From Octopus vulgaris (taxonomy: Eukaryota), in contig OX597839.1 in NCBI GenBank assembly GCA_951406725.2, forward strand, positions 5,394,001-5,458,000: DNA of 64,000 bases. Reading direction: 5' to 3'. Below, one piece after another: positions 42,883 to 56,917 of the stretch. The first letter of the stretch is position 1, and each line of letters starts with the position of its first letter. Both the position numbers and the translations under genes were made by a program. A model generated the notes under the pieces. It was not told where the DNA came from. It worked only from the letters and a program-made list of their open reading frames with translations, and made no database searches.

Positions 42883-42934
<52 letters not shown>

Positions 42935-43003
42935 CACCACCACCACCACCACCACCACCACCACCACTACCACCACCACCACCACCACCACCACCACCAC
43001 CAC

Positions 43004-43042
<39 letters not shown>

Positions 43043-43045
43043 TTT

Positions 43046-43136
<91 letters not shown>

Positions 43137-43150
43137 CAACAACAACAACA
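42576..43150. repeat. (CTA)n/(CCA)n compound trinucleotide repeat
   Basis: Direct inspection. Confidence 0.9.
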
Positions 43151-43563
43151 GCAGAAGCTACAGCGGCGATGCGTCTTAGACGTAGCGTACCCGGCGAGCC
43201 TGATTGTTGTGACTTGTCTTCTAGATATTTTAGCATAAGGGGATGCGTGAAATATCTTCTACAGCAGCCATTTTGTATCAACGCATTGAAAAGCGAATGT
43301 TTACAATCCTGTATTGTATTTTCGAAACGTCATGTCAAAGCTTCATTTTGGTAGCTCCGGAATTCTCTTCTCCTCTGTTCTACATCTTTAAAACCATCAA
43401 TTCCTTTCAATTGGCTACTTTTTGCTTCTTTTTACTTATTCGACTCATGCCGGAAATCACGTTCGTTATGTTAATCGTGACTTCCTCTTTCAAAATGGAC
43501 ACAACTAATTCTAACAATTTTCAATGGAAATTTTCCACCATCTTTTTCTTTTCGTCATCGTTG

Positions 43564-43612
<49 letters not shown>

Positions 43613-43654
43613 TAACATCACTGTCGTTGTCGTCGTCGCTATTATAATCACTTG

Positions 43655-44150
43655 CTTCTTCTTCTTCTTCTTCTTCTTCTTCTTCTCCTCCTCTTCCTCC
43701 TCCTCCTAATCTACTCCTCCTTCTGCTTCTCATTTTCCTTCCTTTTCTCTTTCTTTTTCCTTCTCTTCCTCCCGTTTCTTTTCTCCTCCATCATATTTTT
43801 CCTGTTTTCTTCTTCTTCATCATCATCATCATCTTCTTCTTCTTTTATACCTCCTCTTCTACCTCTATCCTCCTTCTGCTTCGCCTTTTCCTTCCTTTTC
43901 TCTTTCTTTTTCCTTCTCTTCCTCCCGTTTCTTTTCTCCCCCGCCTTATTTTTCCTGATTTCTTCTTCTTCTTTTCCTTCTCTATATCTAATCCCCTTCT
44001 GCTTCTCATTTTCCTTCCTTTTCTCTTTCTTTTCCCTCCTCTTCCTACCGTTTCTTTTCTCCTCCTTCTTCTTTTTTCTTTTTCTCCTCCTCCTTCTTCT
44101 CCTCCCCCTCCTCCTCCTCCTTCTTCTTCTCCTGTCTTTTCTCTTTCTCC
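43655..44150. repeat. Polypyrimidine tract with three ~70-bp repeated blocks
   Basis: CCTTCTGCTTC....TTTCCTTCCTTTTCTCTTTCTTT recurs at about 43718, 43871 and 43995. Confidence 0.75.
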
Positions 44151-44553
44151 CCTTTGTTTATTTGCCTCTACGCTCTTCATCTAAATTAAAGAACTTCGAT
44201 CTTGTAGGGATCTTGTAGTTGCATCGATAACAGCAATAGCAACAGCGACAGCAGCAGTGGTCGCAGTAGTAGCAACAGTAATGTTAATAATACATGTGGT
44301 ACTGTTTCGCCGTGCTAACTTTACGTTTCATCTTTTCGGGATCGATACAATAAATCCCTATCAGTACTGGGGTCGATGTAATCGACTAAGCTGCTCCGAC
44401 GAAATTGCTGGCCTTGTGCAAAAATTTTCAATCAATATATGTAGCAGTGTTATTGTAAATATTTGACGAGCATAATCGGTAGAGCGTTGAACAATATAAC
44501 TTGGCGTAGAGTGTTTTGGTTCTTTACGTTCTGCATTTAAATCTTTCCAGAAA

Positions 44554-44949
44554 TCTTTATATATAAAAGAGAGGTTGTGTGCTGTCTGTCACCTACGATT
44601 TAGATTCCTAACTACTCCCACATTTTGCGGTGCAGTTTAACCAAAACCGGGTATCTTATAGTCGTGATTCATATCGAGCCCTTCTGGGTATTAGCGCGCG
44701 TCTACGATGAGTCTACGATTTAAAAAATATTTACCATCAATTTTTCCCATTTTTAATGCATTTTTGGCATATATAAGGGAAGTAACTCTCTAAAAATTTA
44801 TTAAATCTCAGAACATAAAAAGCTACAGTAACACCTCCACCCCCTTTGTGGTTAGCCATATTGAGATGGCCATTATACTTTACATCTCTAAAAATGCTTA
44901 TATAGTTATTTCCCTTACAAACCCGAGCAACGCCGGGCGCTACTGCTAG
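44554..44949 (+). mobile_element. Non-autonomous Helitron flanked by a 101-bp direct repeat
   Basis: A|TC...CCCGAGCAACGCCGGG...CTAG|T; same family as 9165-9458 but about 100 bp longer internally; 44453-44553 is identical to 44950-45050. Confidence 0.9.
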
Positions 44950-45844
44950 TTGTAAATATTTGACGAGCATAATCGGTAGAGCGTTGAACAATATAACTTG
45001 GCGTAGAGTGTTTTGGTTCTTTACGTTCTGCATTTAAATCTTTCCAGAAATGTTTTATAAGAACCAACTAAAGGCTATAATCGATTCCGGCGTCTCAGGC
45101 CCGCTGGAAAGTATGAATTCGCATACTCTAATTTTTCTTTCAGCCTTATTTTCGGAAATATCTCTCTCTGCGCGTATCTTCTTATTGCTCTTTCCGCGGG
45201 GAAAAGAAGCAGAAAAGGAAAGAAACGGAGGAAATGAAACATATCGTTGAGAATTTGAAAGGGATTTACAGGGAAAGAGAAAGAGAGAGAGAGGAGACAC
45301 ACATAAAGGCAGAAGCGTTTGAAGATAGTTTCATGAAGGGAGAATTAGAAATTGAAAGTCAGCTAAATTGGGAAAGTAGGAAAGATGGCAGAAAAACAAT
45401 AGTTTCTACCTATAAGGTATAGCTTGTTTATTATGACTCAACACAGCCCTCATTAAATTAAAAAGCGAGAAAAGATGGCCCCACCAAAAATTTTGCACCT
45501 GGGATTAATTAGCACTGTTTTTCAAAAACAATACTAATTAATCAAACAACCAAACAACCAAACCCCCAGTCAACCAAAGTTTCTGTAGTTATGAGATTTA
45601 TGGATCGAACCACATCGTTTCTTTGGATGCCGCTTTAGTAGTTATCGATCCGGTTTATCAAGATCGAATTAACTTGGGTCAGACAATGTGAAGGGCAAAC
45701 ACTAAATCGATGAAAAACAAAACAAAAAACTCTGCGGTTTGAACCACAAGCAACAACTACGAGCATTTACGGAACTATTTCCACAGACAGTGTTCGAACC
45801 AAGTTATCAAAAATACGTCAATACAATAATACACTCACGCATTT

Positions 45845-46396
<552 letters not shown>

Positions 46397-47079
46397 TAGC
46401 TGTTAAATCTACATTGAATCACATTTCTCTTTATTCTTTCTTTGTTTTCTGTAAACAAAAAGGAAGGTGACGTTGGACAATGTAGTCCTAGTTACACTAA
46501 CGGAATGGCCACGATTTGAAAGCTCTTTATTGTAGTTCCAGCTCGATTATGCCTGATTTGGGAATAAACAACTACATCACAAACAACAAGAGAACGCCAT
46601 CATCGTCTTGAGCGTCTTCGTCACCACTTTCATCATTGGCACACGTAAACGGAGGAAAAGGAAAAAGTAAAAGAGAGGGAAGAAGATAATGGGGGTAAAG
46701 AGAGGGGAAGGTGTCGTTTATTCCCACTAATTACTGCTATAACAAATGTGATGTGAGAAGCCAAGGAGACAGGCCATAATTAACTGTTCGTTGTGACAGG
46801 AATTTAAATGAAAATCAGTTCGACTTTTGGTACTTTGGAAAATAGCAGCGACAACAACAGCCAGAATAGCAAAGACAACATCAGCAGCAACAACAACAAC
46901 AAGAACAATAACAACATTAATAATAACAACAGCGATAACTTCAGTAACAATAACAAGACTAGCAATATTACCGATATAAACATCACCATCAACGAGTTAT
47001 TTCTTGAACCATAACGGAAACTGTAAAAATAAGAAGACGAAAAGCATTGCTCACTAAAACTACAATAATAATGATAATA

Positions 47080-47290
47080 AACCTCTCTAATATAGGCACA
47101 AGGCCTGAAATCTGAGGCGAAGGGAGAAATCGATTACATAGACCCTAGTAGGTAACTGGTACTTAATTTATCGAAAAGATGGGAAGTAAAGTCAACCTCG
47201 GCGGAATTTGAACTCAAAACAACAGCGATGGGCGAAATACTGCTAAGCATTTCGTCCAGCGTGTCAACGATTCTACCGGCTCGCCGCTTT
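47080..47290 (-). mobile_element. Old SINE B-related copy
   Basis: Diverged head and core (CTCGGCGGAATTTGAACTC); a similar relic lies at 44290-44440. Confidence 0.65.
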
Positions 47291-47427
47291 TGGTAATGAT
47301 GACGATAATAATGATGAAGATGATGATGGTGGTGGTGGTGGTGGTGGTGGTAAATTCTTCATGCAGTAGCAGACAGTGGTTTTCAAGGCTTCTGATCTAT
47401 ATATACATACACACATATATATATATA

Positions 47428-47657
47428 TCTATCATGGCGTCCTGTACGAAGTCAGGACGCCACGATAGATCGTTAGCTCCTACACGCAGGTTTTCTCTCC
47501 TTGTTTTTTTTTCTGTGTATCTTTCTGTCGAAGAGCGTAGGCTCCAAACATAAAAGACTTTTTCTATTTCTATTCCTCAGCGCTATACTAATACATTTGT
47601 TTGTTTTTTACTCCACCTGCCTTCGTCTTTTGTTTATTTTCGTAAACTTTCCCGTTA
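47428..47657 (+). mobile_element. TA-embedded mini-element with a decayed hammerhead-like motif and a 5' hairpin
   Basis: TCTTT-CTGTCGA-A-GAGC(GTAG)GCTC-CAAA-CA-TA-AAAGA at 47520-47557; 16/17-bp hairpin at 47428-47469. Confidence 0.7.
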
Positions 47658-47671
47658 TATATATATATATA

Positions 47672-48087
47672 GGCACAGGAGTGGCTGTGTGGTAAGTAGC
47701 TTGCTAACCAACCACATGGTTCCGGGTTCAGTCCCACTGCGTGGCATCTTGGGCAAGTGTCTTCTGCTATAGCCTCGGGCCGACCAGAGCCTTGTGAGTG
47801 GATTTGGTAGACGGAAACTGAAAGAAGCCTGTCGTATATATGAATGTGTGTGTATATAGTTGTGTGTCTGTGTTTGTCCCCCCAGCATTGCTTGACAACC
47901 GATGCTGGTGTGTTTACGTCCCCGTTACTTAGCGGTTCGGCATAAGAGACCGATAGAATAAGTACTGGGCTTACAAAGAATAAGTCTCAGGATCGATTTG
48001 CTCGACTAAAGGCGGTGCTCCAGCATGGCCGCAGTCAAATGACTGAAACAAGTAAAAGAGTAAAAGAGTAAAAGAGTAAAAGAGAGT
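47672..48087 (+). mobile_element. SINE family A, full length
   Basis: Consensus match with a (TAAAAGAG)n tail. Confidence 0.88.
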
Positions 48088-48328
48088 AACGGGAGAAAGG
48101 CAGAAATAAGGAAAATGTCACTTATATTTGAACACTATACAAATATTCTTTTAAAAAAACTTTTCTTTTAATTTTTTTAAATTTAATTATTTAATTGTTA
48201 CAGTTGAAAACGTCTCCAAATGATTGAAACCGGTACTGAAATGTTCTTTATAAAACTATTTTAGCATTTTCTATCTTGACTTGTTTTTTCATATATATCA
48301 ACTCGTGTGTTCCTTTTCATCCTTATAC

Positions 48329-48404
<76 letters not shown>

Positions 48405-48985
48405 CGATACTGCAAAGCTGTGAGTAGAATTTTAAATTTTAAATTTTAATTACATATACATCCATATTTATACGAAACCTCTGCATATATGCATATTGCC
48501 ATTACTTCTCGGTCTCTCGCTGATGCATCAATAATCATAATAATTATAATCATAATTATAACTACGAAATATCCATCGGTGGTGCTCAGAGTAACTTACT
48601 AGCTCGGCAAAAGACTGATAGGACACTTAAGCTCAAGAAAAAGTACTTGGATCGATTTGTTTGACTGTATTTCCAACGTGATGCCCCAGCATGACCGGAG
48701 TCTAATGATTAAAGTATGAGAGAAATTGAAAACAAGTATATGTACGTTAATGTAAATTAGTGCGGATTATGAGAGGTTCCGGAATATTGGTGTCCGGAAG
48801 GTCGACGTCGGTATCGTACGTGTATTAAACAACGGAATTGATAAGATTAATGAACTAAATGGTATTAGATTAGATTCTAATATGTACAAAAATCCTTCAG
48901 GACAACCAGCGTACGTGTGAATCTGTCTATGTACAAGAGTAAGTATACATTTATGTGTCCATACACACATATATGCATAACTATA

Positions 48986-49031
<46 letters not shown>

Positions 49032-49324
49032 ATAAATATATATATGTATGTATATATATATGTGTGTATGTATATATATATATGTATGTATGTATATATA
49101 TATGTATGCATATATATATGTATATATATATATATATGTGTATATATATATATGTTTGTATATATATATATGTATGTATATATATACATGTATGTATATA
49201 TGTATGTATATATATATATGCATGTATATATATATATGTATATATATATATGTATATATGTTCATATATATGTATATATATATAAATATGTATGTATATA
49301 TATATATGTATATATGTATGTATG

Positions 49325-49369
<45 letters not shown>

Positions 49370-49589
49370 ATGTATATATATTTTCATTTTCAGTTTTTCA
49401 TTTTATCTAGTTTCAGGTCACGAGTTGTGGCCATGCTGGGGCACCGCCATATATATGTATATATATATATATATATATGTAAAATGCTAAAATGCATAGA
49501 TATATGTATATTTATATAAATATATATGTATATTTTATATATATATTTATATATACACGCATATATATATATACATATATATATGTATA

Positions 49590-49629
<40 letters not shown>

Positions 49630-49671
49630 CACACACATATATATATACATACATACACATATATAGACATA

Positions 49672-49712
<41 letters not shown>

Positions 49713-50319
49713 ATATGCGCACACGCACAAACACATACACACGTGTTTGTGTGTGTGCGTTTATGAATTTGAAAGAGCGTGAAACTCCGCGCTGTGGCCA
49801 GCGACCGGTTCTGTAGCCAAAGCCAAAACCAAGAAGAAGAAGAAGCTGAGCAAGTGTATTCCAACATATTTAATATTGGTCCTATGGAACTACAATGCAT
49901 AGTAACAGCACAACGTCTGGTGAATGGACTGGAATCGTTAAAATAAGAAAAGAAACGAAGGAAAAATCTTGCGGCGAAGGTTTAGAATCAGAAACACACA
50001 GGATGGTATGAATCTAAGTTTCCTTTCTAAGTATTCTGACTTCATATTGCAACTCTATCGCCTCCAGGTATCGCAATATGAAGTAACGGATGCTTTTGAA
50101 GGAACTTAATAAGATTTTCCATACAACATTTTATAGTCATGTGATATTGTGTATTTCTGATTTATATTAAATTCGTATCTTATACCTCCTGTTGATTGCG
50201 AATACACACCACTGAATATACAGATTTGATATTCCAGTCCAATATATGTATATTATATGTATGCGACTATATATACTAATGTACGTATGTATGCAGGTGG
50301 GTGATATGTTGTATGAAAT

Positions 50320-50537
50320 AAGGCGGTGGGGTGGCAGAAACGTTAACGCGCTGGCCGAAATGCGTAGCGGTATTTCGTCTGCCGTTACGTTCTGAGTTCA
50401 AATTCCGCCGAGGTCGACTTTGCCTTTCATCTTTTCGGGGTCGATAAATTAAGTACCAGTTACGCACTGGGGTCGATGTAATCGACTTAATCCGTTTGTC
50501 TGTCCCCCCTGTGTTTAGCCCCTTGTGAGTAGTAAAG

Positions 50538-50541
<4 letters not shown>
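50320..50541 (+). mobile_element. SINE family B
   Basis: Consensus match with a small tail deletion; the tail is duplicated in inverted orientation at 50587-50627. Confidence 0.87.
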
Positions 50542-50589
<48 letters not shown>

Positions 50590-50854
50590 CTTTACTACTC
50601 GCAAGGGGCTAAACACAGGGGGGACAGTGTATAGTGTGAGAGAGACAAACATCGTATAGTACTCTAAATGACCTAAGATACTCGTCCTGATTTGGGTTGT
50701 GGTCCATTTTCCTTTAATATGTACCTGCTAATTCGGAAGCCTTAGCTATGAACTTGGAACCTAACGGATGACCAATCACAGCACTTGCGCAGCGTACCCA
50801 TTCGTTCAGATAAGGAATGAACTAAACCCATCATATTGTTTGTTTGTTAGTTTG

Positions 50855-51145
50855 TGTATGTATGTATGTATGTATGTATGTATGTATGTATGTATGTATG
50901 TATGTATGTATGTATGTATGTATGTATGTATGAATGTATGTATGTATGTATGTATGCATGTATGTATGTATGTATGTATGTATGTATGTATGTATGTATG
51001 TATGTATGCATGTATGTATGTATGTATGTATGTATGTATGTATGTATGTATGTATGAATGTATGTATGTATGAATGTATGTATGTATGTATGTATGTATG
51101 TATGTACGTACGTATGTGTGTGTATGTATGTATGTATGTATGAAT
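50855..51145. repeat. (TATG)n tetranucleotide microsatellite
   Basis: About 290 bp; source of the MYVC/HTYI pseudo-ORFs. Confidence 0.95.
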
Positions 51146-51626
51146 GAATGCATGTATGTGTGTATGTATATCTATGTGTGCGTGTCTTGGCATCTGTGTA
51201 TCCAAAACCCGTATTGGTTTCTTTACGTCCCCGTAACATATCACTTTGGCTAAAGACCGATTGAACAAATACCAAACCTAAAAAGAATAAGTACTGGGGT
51301 TTCATTCACCCGAGTAAAACTTCTACAAGGCGGTGCCCCAGTATGGCTGCAGTCTAATGACTGCAGCAGATACAATATATTAAAAAAAGAAAACCCTGTC
51401 GTATTTTCATTGGAAACTGATATTTCGGGTTGTTTACCACATCTTCATGTTTTTGCGCCTTTCCTCAAACGCGTTTGAAAATAAATGAGAATAATTTAAA
51501 CGACCGCTTCACTTGAGCTGCCGCTGCTGATGTCAATACGCGGCTGTGTGTATATTTACTTGCGTTTAATTACATTGAAATATAATAATGTCCAAACTAA
51601 TAGTAATAACAACAACAATAATAAAC

Positions 51627-51696
<70 letters not shown>

Positions 51697-51839
51697 TGTA
51701 TGTGTGTGTGGGTGTGTGAAGGTGAAAGTGTTTGAGTATGTATATATTTGTGTATGTGTTGTATTTCGATATGAATGTCGACTGATTTTTTTTGTTCATT
51801 CCTTACGTATGTGTGTGAGCACATATATGTATATATATG

Positions 51840-51910
<71 letters not shown>

Positions 51911-51975
51911 TAATATATATGTATGTGTATATATATATGTATATATGTATGTATATATATGCATGTATATATATG

Positions 51976-52018
<43 letters not shown>

Positions 52019-52042
52019 AATATATATATATATATTATATAA

Positions 52043-52097
<55 letters not shown>

Positions 52098-52354
52098 GTA
52101 TATAAATATAAATATAAATATAAATATATATATGTATGTATATATATATGCGTACAAGTATATATAATACATTTATAGCTATATAAATTCGTTAATGATC
52201 TATTTTATCTATAGAGAAGCTCCTATAGGTACAAGTCTACTTCAGTACACTAACGAGTCTTTTTCCGCCTACTAGAATAATATTTCTGTCAATAACATAC
52301 AGCTGTGAAAAGGAAATTCATTTCCCACAGTCTGTCTTAATAGCTATCTATCTT

Positions 52355-52496
<142 letters not shown>

Positions 52497-52708
52497 TTTC
52501 TGTCTGTCTGTCTATTCATTTAGATACTCATACGTAAAATACATATGCCATACATGTAAGTATAACGAATCTTTGTATTTTTTGTTAGTATGTATGCATG
52601 TGCAGATGTTAGGTAATTTTATTGAAAACCTAAAAGACCTTATTAAAAAAAAAATAGAAAACATAAATAACTCGACATCATTCTTAAACACACACACATA
52701 CTGACAGA

Positions 52709-52783
<75 letters not shown>

Positions 52784-53002
52784 AGTTAATCCAAACATGA
52801 AAGCACAAAAAAAACACAACATCACGAGGACGTGGATCAAATATAGTATTATTGGACGCTCAGGAAAGAAGGAAAGAAGGAGGGTTTAACGTTTCGAGCG
52901 GAGCTCTTCGTCGGAAACATAGGAGAAGAAAAGATCCAGAGAAGGGAAGACAGAGGAAAAAAATCGCCAACGGTACACACGCGGTCACATTTTGAATGTG
53001 AC
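52784..53002 (-). mobile_element. TA-embedded mini-element with a hammerhead-like motif
   Basis: (TA)n on both sides; closely similar to 63091-63295; terminal 8-bp hairpin at 52984-53002. Confidence 0.8.
52884..52918 (-). ncRNA. Variant minimal type I hammerhead ribozyme motif
   Basis: GTTT-CCGACGA-A-GAGC(TCC)GCTC-GAAA-CG-TT-AAAC, with palindromic AACGTT. Confidence 0.65.
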
Positions 53003-53033
<31 letters not shown>

Positions 53034-53176
53034 CACATACATATATATCTATACATACATATATATATACATATATACATATATACATATATATATATAC
53101 ATACATACACACAAACATATATATATATATATATGTATATGTATATGTATATGTATATATATATATATACATATAT

Positions 53177-53368
53177 GGGAGAGGAGGAGGACCCTCCGTA
53201 TGTGTCGACGGAAGCCCCGACTCCCGCAACTAAAAGAAGAAAAAAGAGGAAGAAGAAAATCGGTAGACAGTCAGCGAATGTCGCAGTGCCGCCGACCGAA
53301 CCCGATGTTCCCCCGGAGTACCACCGGAGCGGGAGGCTCTGTCAGTGGGAATTGTGCCACTGACAGAG
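53177..53368 (+). other. GC-rich coding-like fragment (possible LINE ORF1 relic) ending in a 12-bp hairpin
   Basis: Reads [27 protein letters not shown]...; CTCTGTCAGTGG/CCACTGACAGAG at 53337-53368; family not recognised. Confidence 0.35.
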
Positions 53369-54067
53369 TAGGATGAGACCTCTCTCTGTGAGGAAGAGGT
53401 TGTCATTTTCTATCTGATCTTAAAGTCGGAATAGATGCTAATAAGCCTTTTTTTTCCGGCGCGGAAACGATTCTGCCAGCTTGCCACCTTAAATGTTCAT
53501 TACATATTGATTCTGGTTACGTATTAAAATATTTTTTATGGTATTATCTTTCGCTTGTACGAATTTTTCTGTACACAGTGACCATTTGATGTCGAGGCTG
53601 TTTGGCATTTTACACTGCCTAAAGAGAACTAGACACCTCGAAACAGTTCTCCGCAGCAGTAGAAACTTGCTTTCTGTATACCATGTATGGGTGTTGAACT
53701 ATTTACGCTTAATCTTCTAATCCCAAATAATTCATCACAAATAGACTTCAGCACTTTTTGTGAAAAATAACTCGCTAAGGTTAATCATGGGTTAGCATAT
53801 GGAATACTTCGGACTTTAACCATCGAGTACTTATGTATGGATGTATACCTACATATACTTATACACCTGCGTATTCATTGTCAGCATCTGAGGGCTACTT
53901 TTGAAAATTGAATGAAAAGTAGGAGGGAATTAAAGTACATAAACAATAGTATGAATAATATCAAAAGGAATAAGATAGGTATGGAAGTAAATAGATAGAT
54001 GGATAGATAAATAGGCAAAGAGAGACTGACACAGAGAGGGGGAGAGAAAGTGACAGGCACAACACAT

Positions 54068-54112
<45 letters not shown>

Positions 54113-54140
54113 TAGATAGGTAGATAGATAGATAGATAGG

Positions 54141-54194
<54 letters not shown>

Positions 54195-54217
54195 TATAGA
54201 CAGACAGACAGACAGAC

Positions 54218-54628
<411 letters not shown>

Positions 54629-55067
54629 TCAGACAGAGGGTATGAAGGAAGAGATCAGCAACAGTAAATGTTAAATTTCAGCAAATGTATGAGTGTAAGG
54701 TGTATTGCCAAACGTCGAGCGCCGTGTGATTTATATCCTCGGCACGGCGCTATGGCTGTGGTTTTAATAGCCGACACAATTACACGGTGGAAGCGGGTTG
54801 GTTTAACTTAGAGAGGATTAACTATATAGTCTTGTGACTAGCTGTCACATGATTAAAATGATTAAAGAGATTGTTGGAAAGTGTTTGGAGAGCGCTGGAA
54901 TGATTTCCTACGCCGACCAAATTATTTCTCTCTATACATGGATGTCGGTGTTATCCTACAGGACTCCCTAACAATGATGACTACAGCAGCACCAGCAGCA
55001 ACAACAAACAACAAACAACGATAGGAGCAGAGAAACAGCAACGACGGCGACGACGATGACAAGCACA

Positions 55068-55084
55068 CTGCTGCCGCTGCTGCA

Positions 55085-55115
<31 letters not shown>

Positions 55116-55142
55116 TTACTACTACTACTATTGCTACTATTG

Positions 55143-55178
<36 letters not shown>

Positions 55179-55222
55179 GTGCTACTACTACTACTACTAC
55201 TACTACTTCAACTACTGCTTCA

Positions 55223-55263
<41 letters not shown>

Positions 55264-55307
55264 CACTGCTGCTACTACTACTACTAGTAGTAGTGCTGCT
55301 GCTACTA

Positions 55308-55363
<56 letters not shown>

Positions 55364-55370
55364 ACTACTG

Positions 55371-55405
<35 letters not shown>

Positions 55406-55436
55406 GCTGCTGCTACTACTACTACTGCTACTACTG

Positions 55437-55487
<51 letters not shown>

Positions 55488-55520
55488 ATACTACTACTAC
55501 TACTCCTACTACTACTAATA
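55068..55520. repeat. (CTA)n/(CTG)n trinucleotide repeat
   Basis: Direct inspection; source of the poly-L/V/S pseudo-ORFs. Confidence 0.93.
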
Positions 55521-55548
55521 ATAATAATATCTGTTCTTTGTTTGCTTT

Positions 55549-55712
55549 CCGGGGTGAGCGCGAACGCAGTCCCCACACTTAGAAATGGTGCACCCGAGTC
55601 GCCCACATTTGGGGCGATCGCAAACGTCAACCCAACCGGAGTGCAATGGAAGGGTCTCACTCTAGGAGAACCACCTTGTTCATCATGGTTTACCCCTGTG
55701 CCAGGTAAGTAT
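55549..55712 (-). ncRNA. U1: U1 snRNA full-length copy (variant or pseudogene)
   Basis: Minus strand starts ATACTTACCTGG; SL2 loop CATTGCAC; SL3 CCCCAAATGTGGG; SL4 GGGGACTGCGTTCGCGCTCACCCC; 164 nt. SL1 loop (GATGAACAAG) and Sm site (CCATTTCTAAG) deviate from consensus. Confidence 0.92.
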
Positions 55713-55732
55713 AATATAATAATAATAATAAT

Positions 55733-56056
55733 AGCCGTGCGTGGAAAGGAATTCTTGGAGGTTTGGATAATTCATCTCTGGAAACATGGGTGGTTCGTTC
55801 AACATCCTTAAACAATCCTTATTCAGGGACCTTTTGAGCGGGATGGGGTACTCGACTAGAAGAAAATTCTAACTGGGTCCCATTTGCAAGGTCATGCGTC
55901 TGTTTATCTTCATATGAGATCACCATGTCGCGCACATATGGTTGTGATGCATGTGCCTGGTGTACCCTTATCAGACGGGTAGTCATGATGGGTATAATGG
56001 GTTTCATATAGTTTACCCCAGTGTCACTTTGATGGCATGCACTGCTCTCTCACTCA
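55733..56056 (+). mobile_element. (TAA)n-embedded non-coding retroelement, family D (5'-truncated)
   Basis: Aligns with 34420-34745; TAA repeats on both sides. Confidence 0.75.
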
Positions 56057-56095
56057 ATAGTAATAATAATAATAATAATGATAATAATAATAATA

Positions 56096-56613
<518 letters not shown>

Positions 56614-56917
56614 GTAATAATAATAATGATGATGATGATGATTTCTTTATTAACCATGAAAGGTTTGCATTAAGAAAAACATAAACAAAACAGGACATAA
56701 CAAAGAACGTAGGGGTGTGCATGAGTGTGTGTTGTGAGGGTTTTGCGTGTAAACAAGATTAAGATAATGGAAAAAAATCAGCAATGTGTAAACCTTAATA
56801 GAGAGGAAATGTTCGGGGTCTGCTCATGGAAAAAAAACCTAACAACCATGGGTGCCCTGACTTTTGGAGCAGTTGACTTTCTTTGTTTCCTTTTCTCCAA
56901 ATGAACAATAATATCAA

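Noticed and set aside
45127-45422. Branch point and acceptor-like CTAATTTTTCTTTCAG with a possible donor AAG|GTATAG at 45416
   Set aside because: Weak donor, a GA microsatellite inside, and no recognisable protein; needs RNA-seq
48771-48920. Short open frame ERFRNIGVRKVDVGIVRVLNNGIDKINELNG
   Set aside because: No clear splice sites and no homology I can recognise
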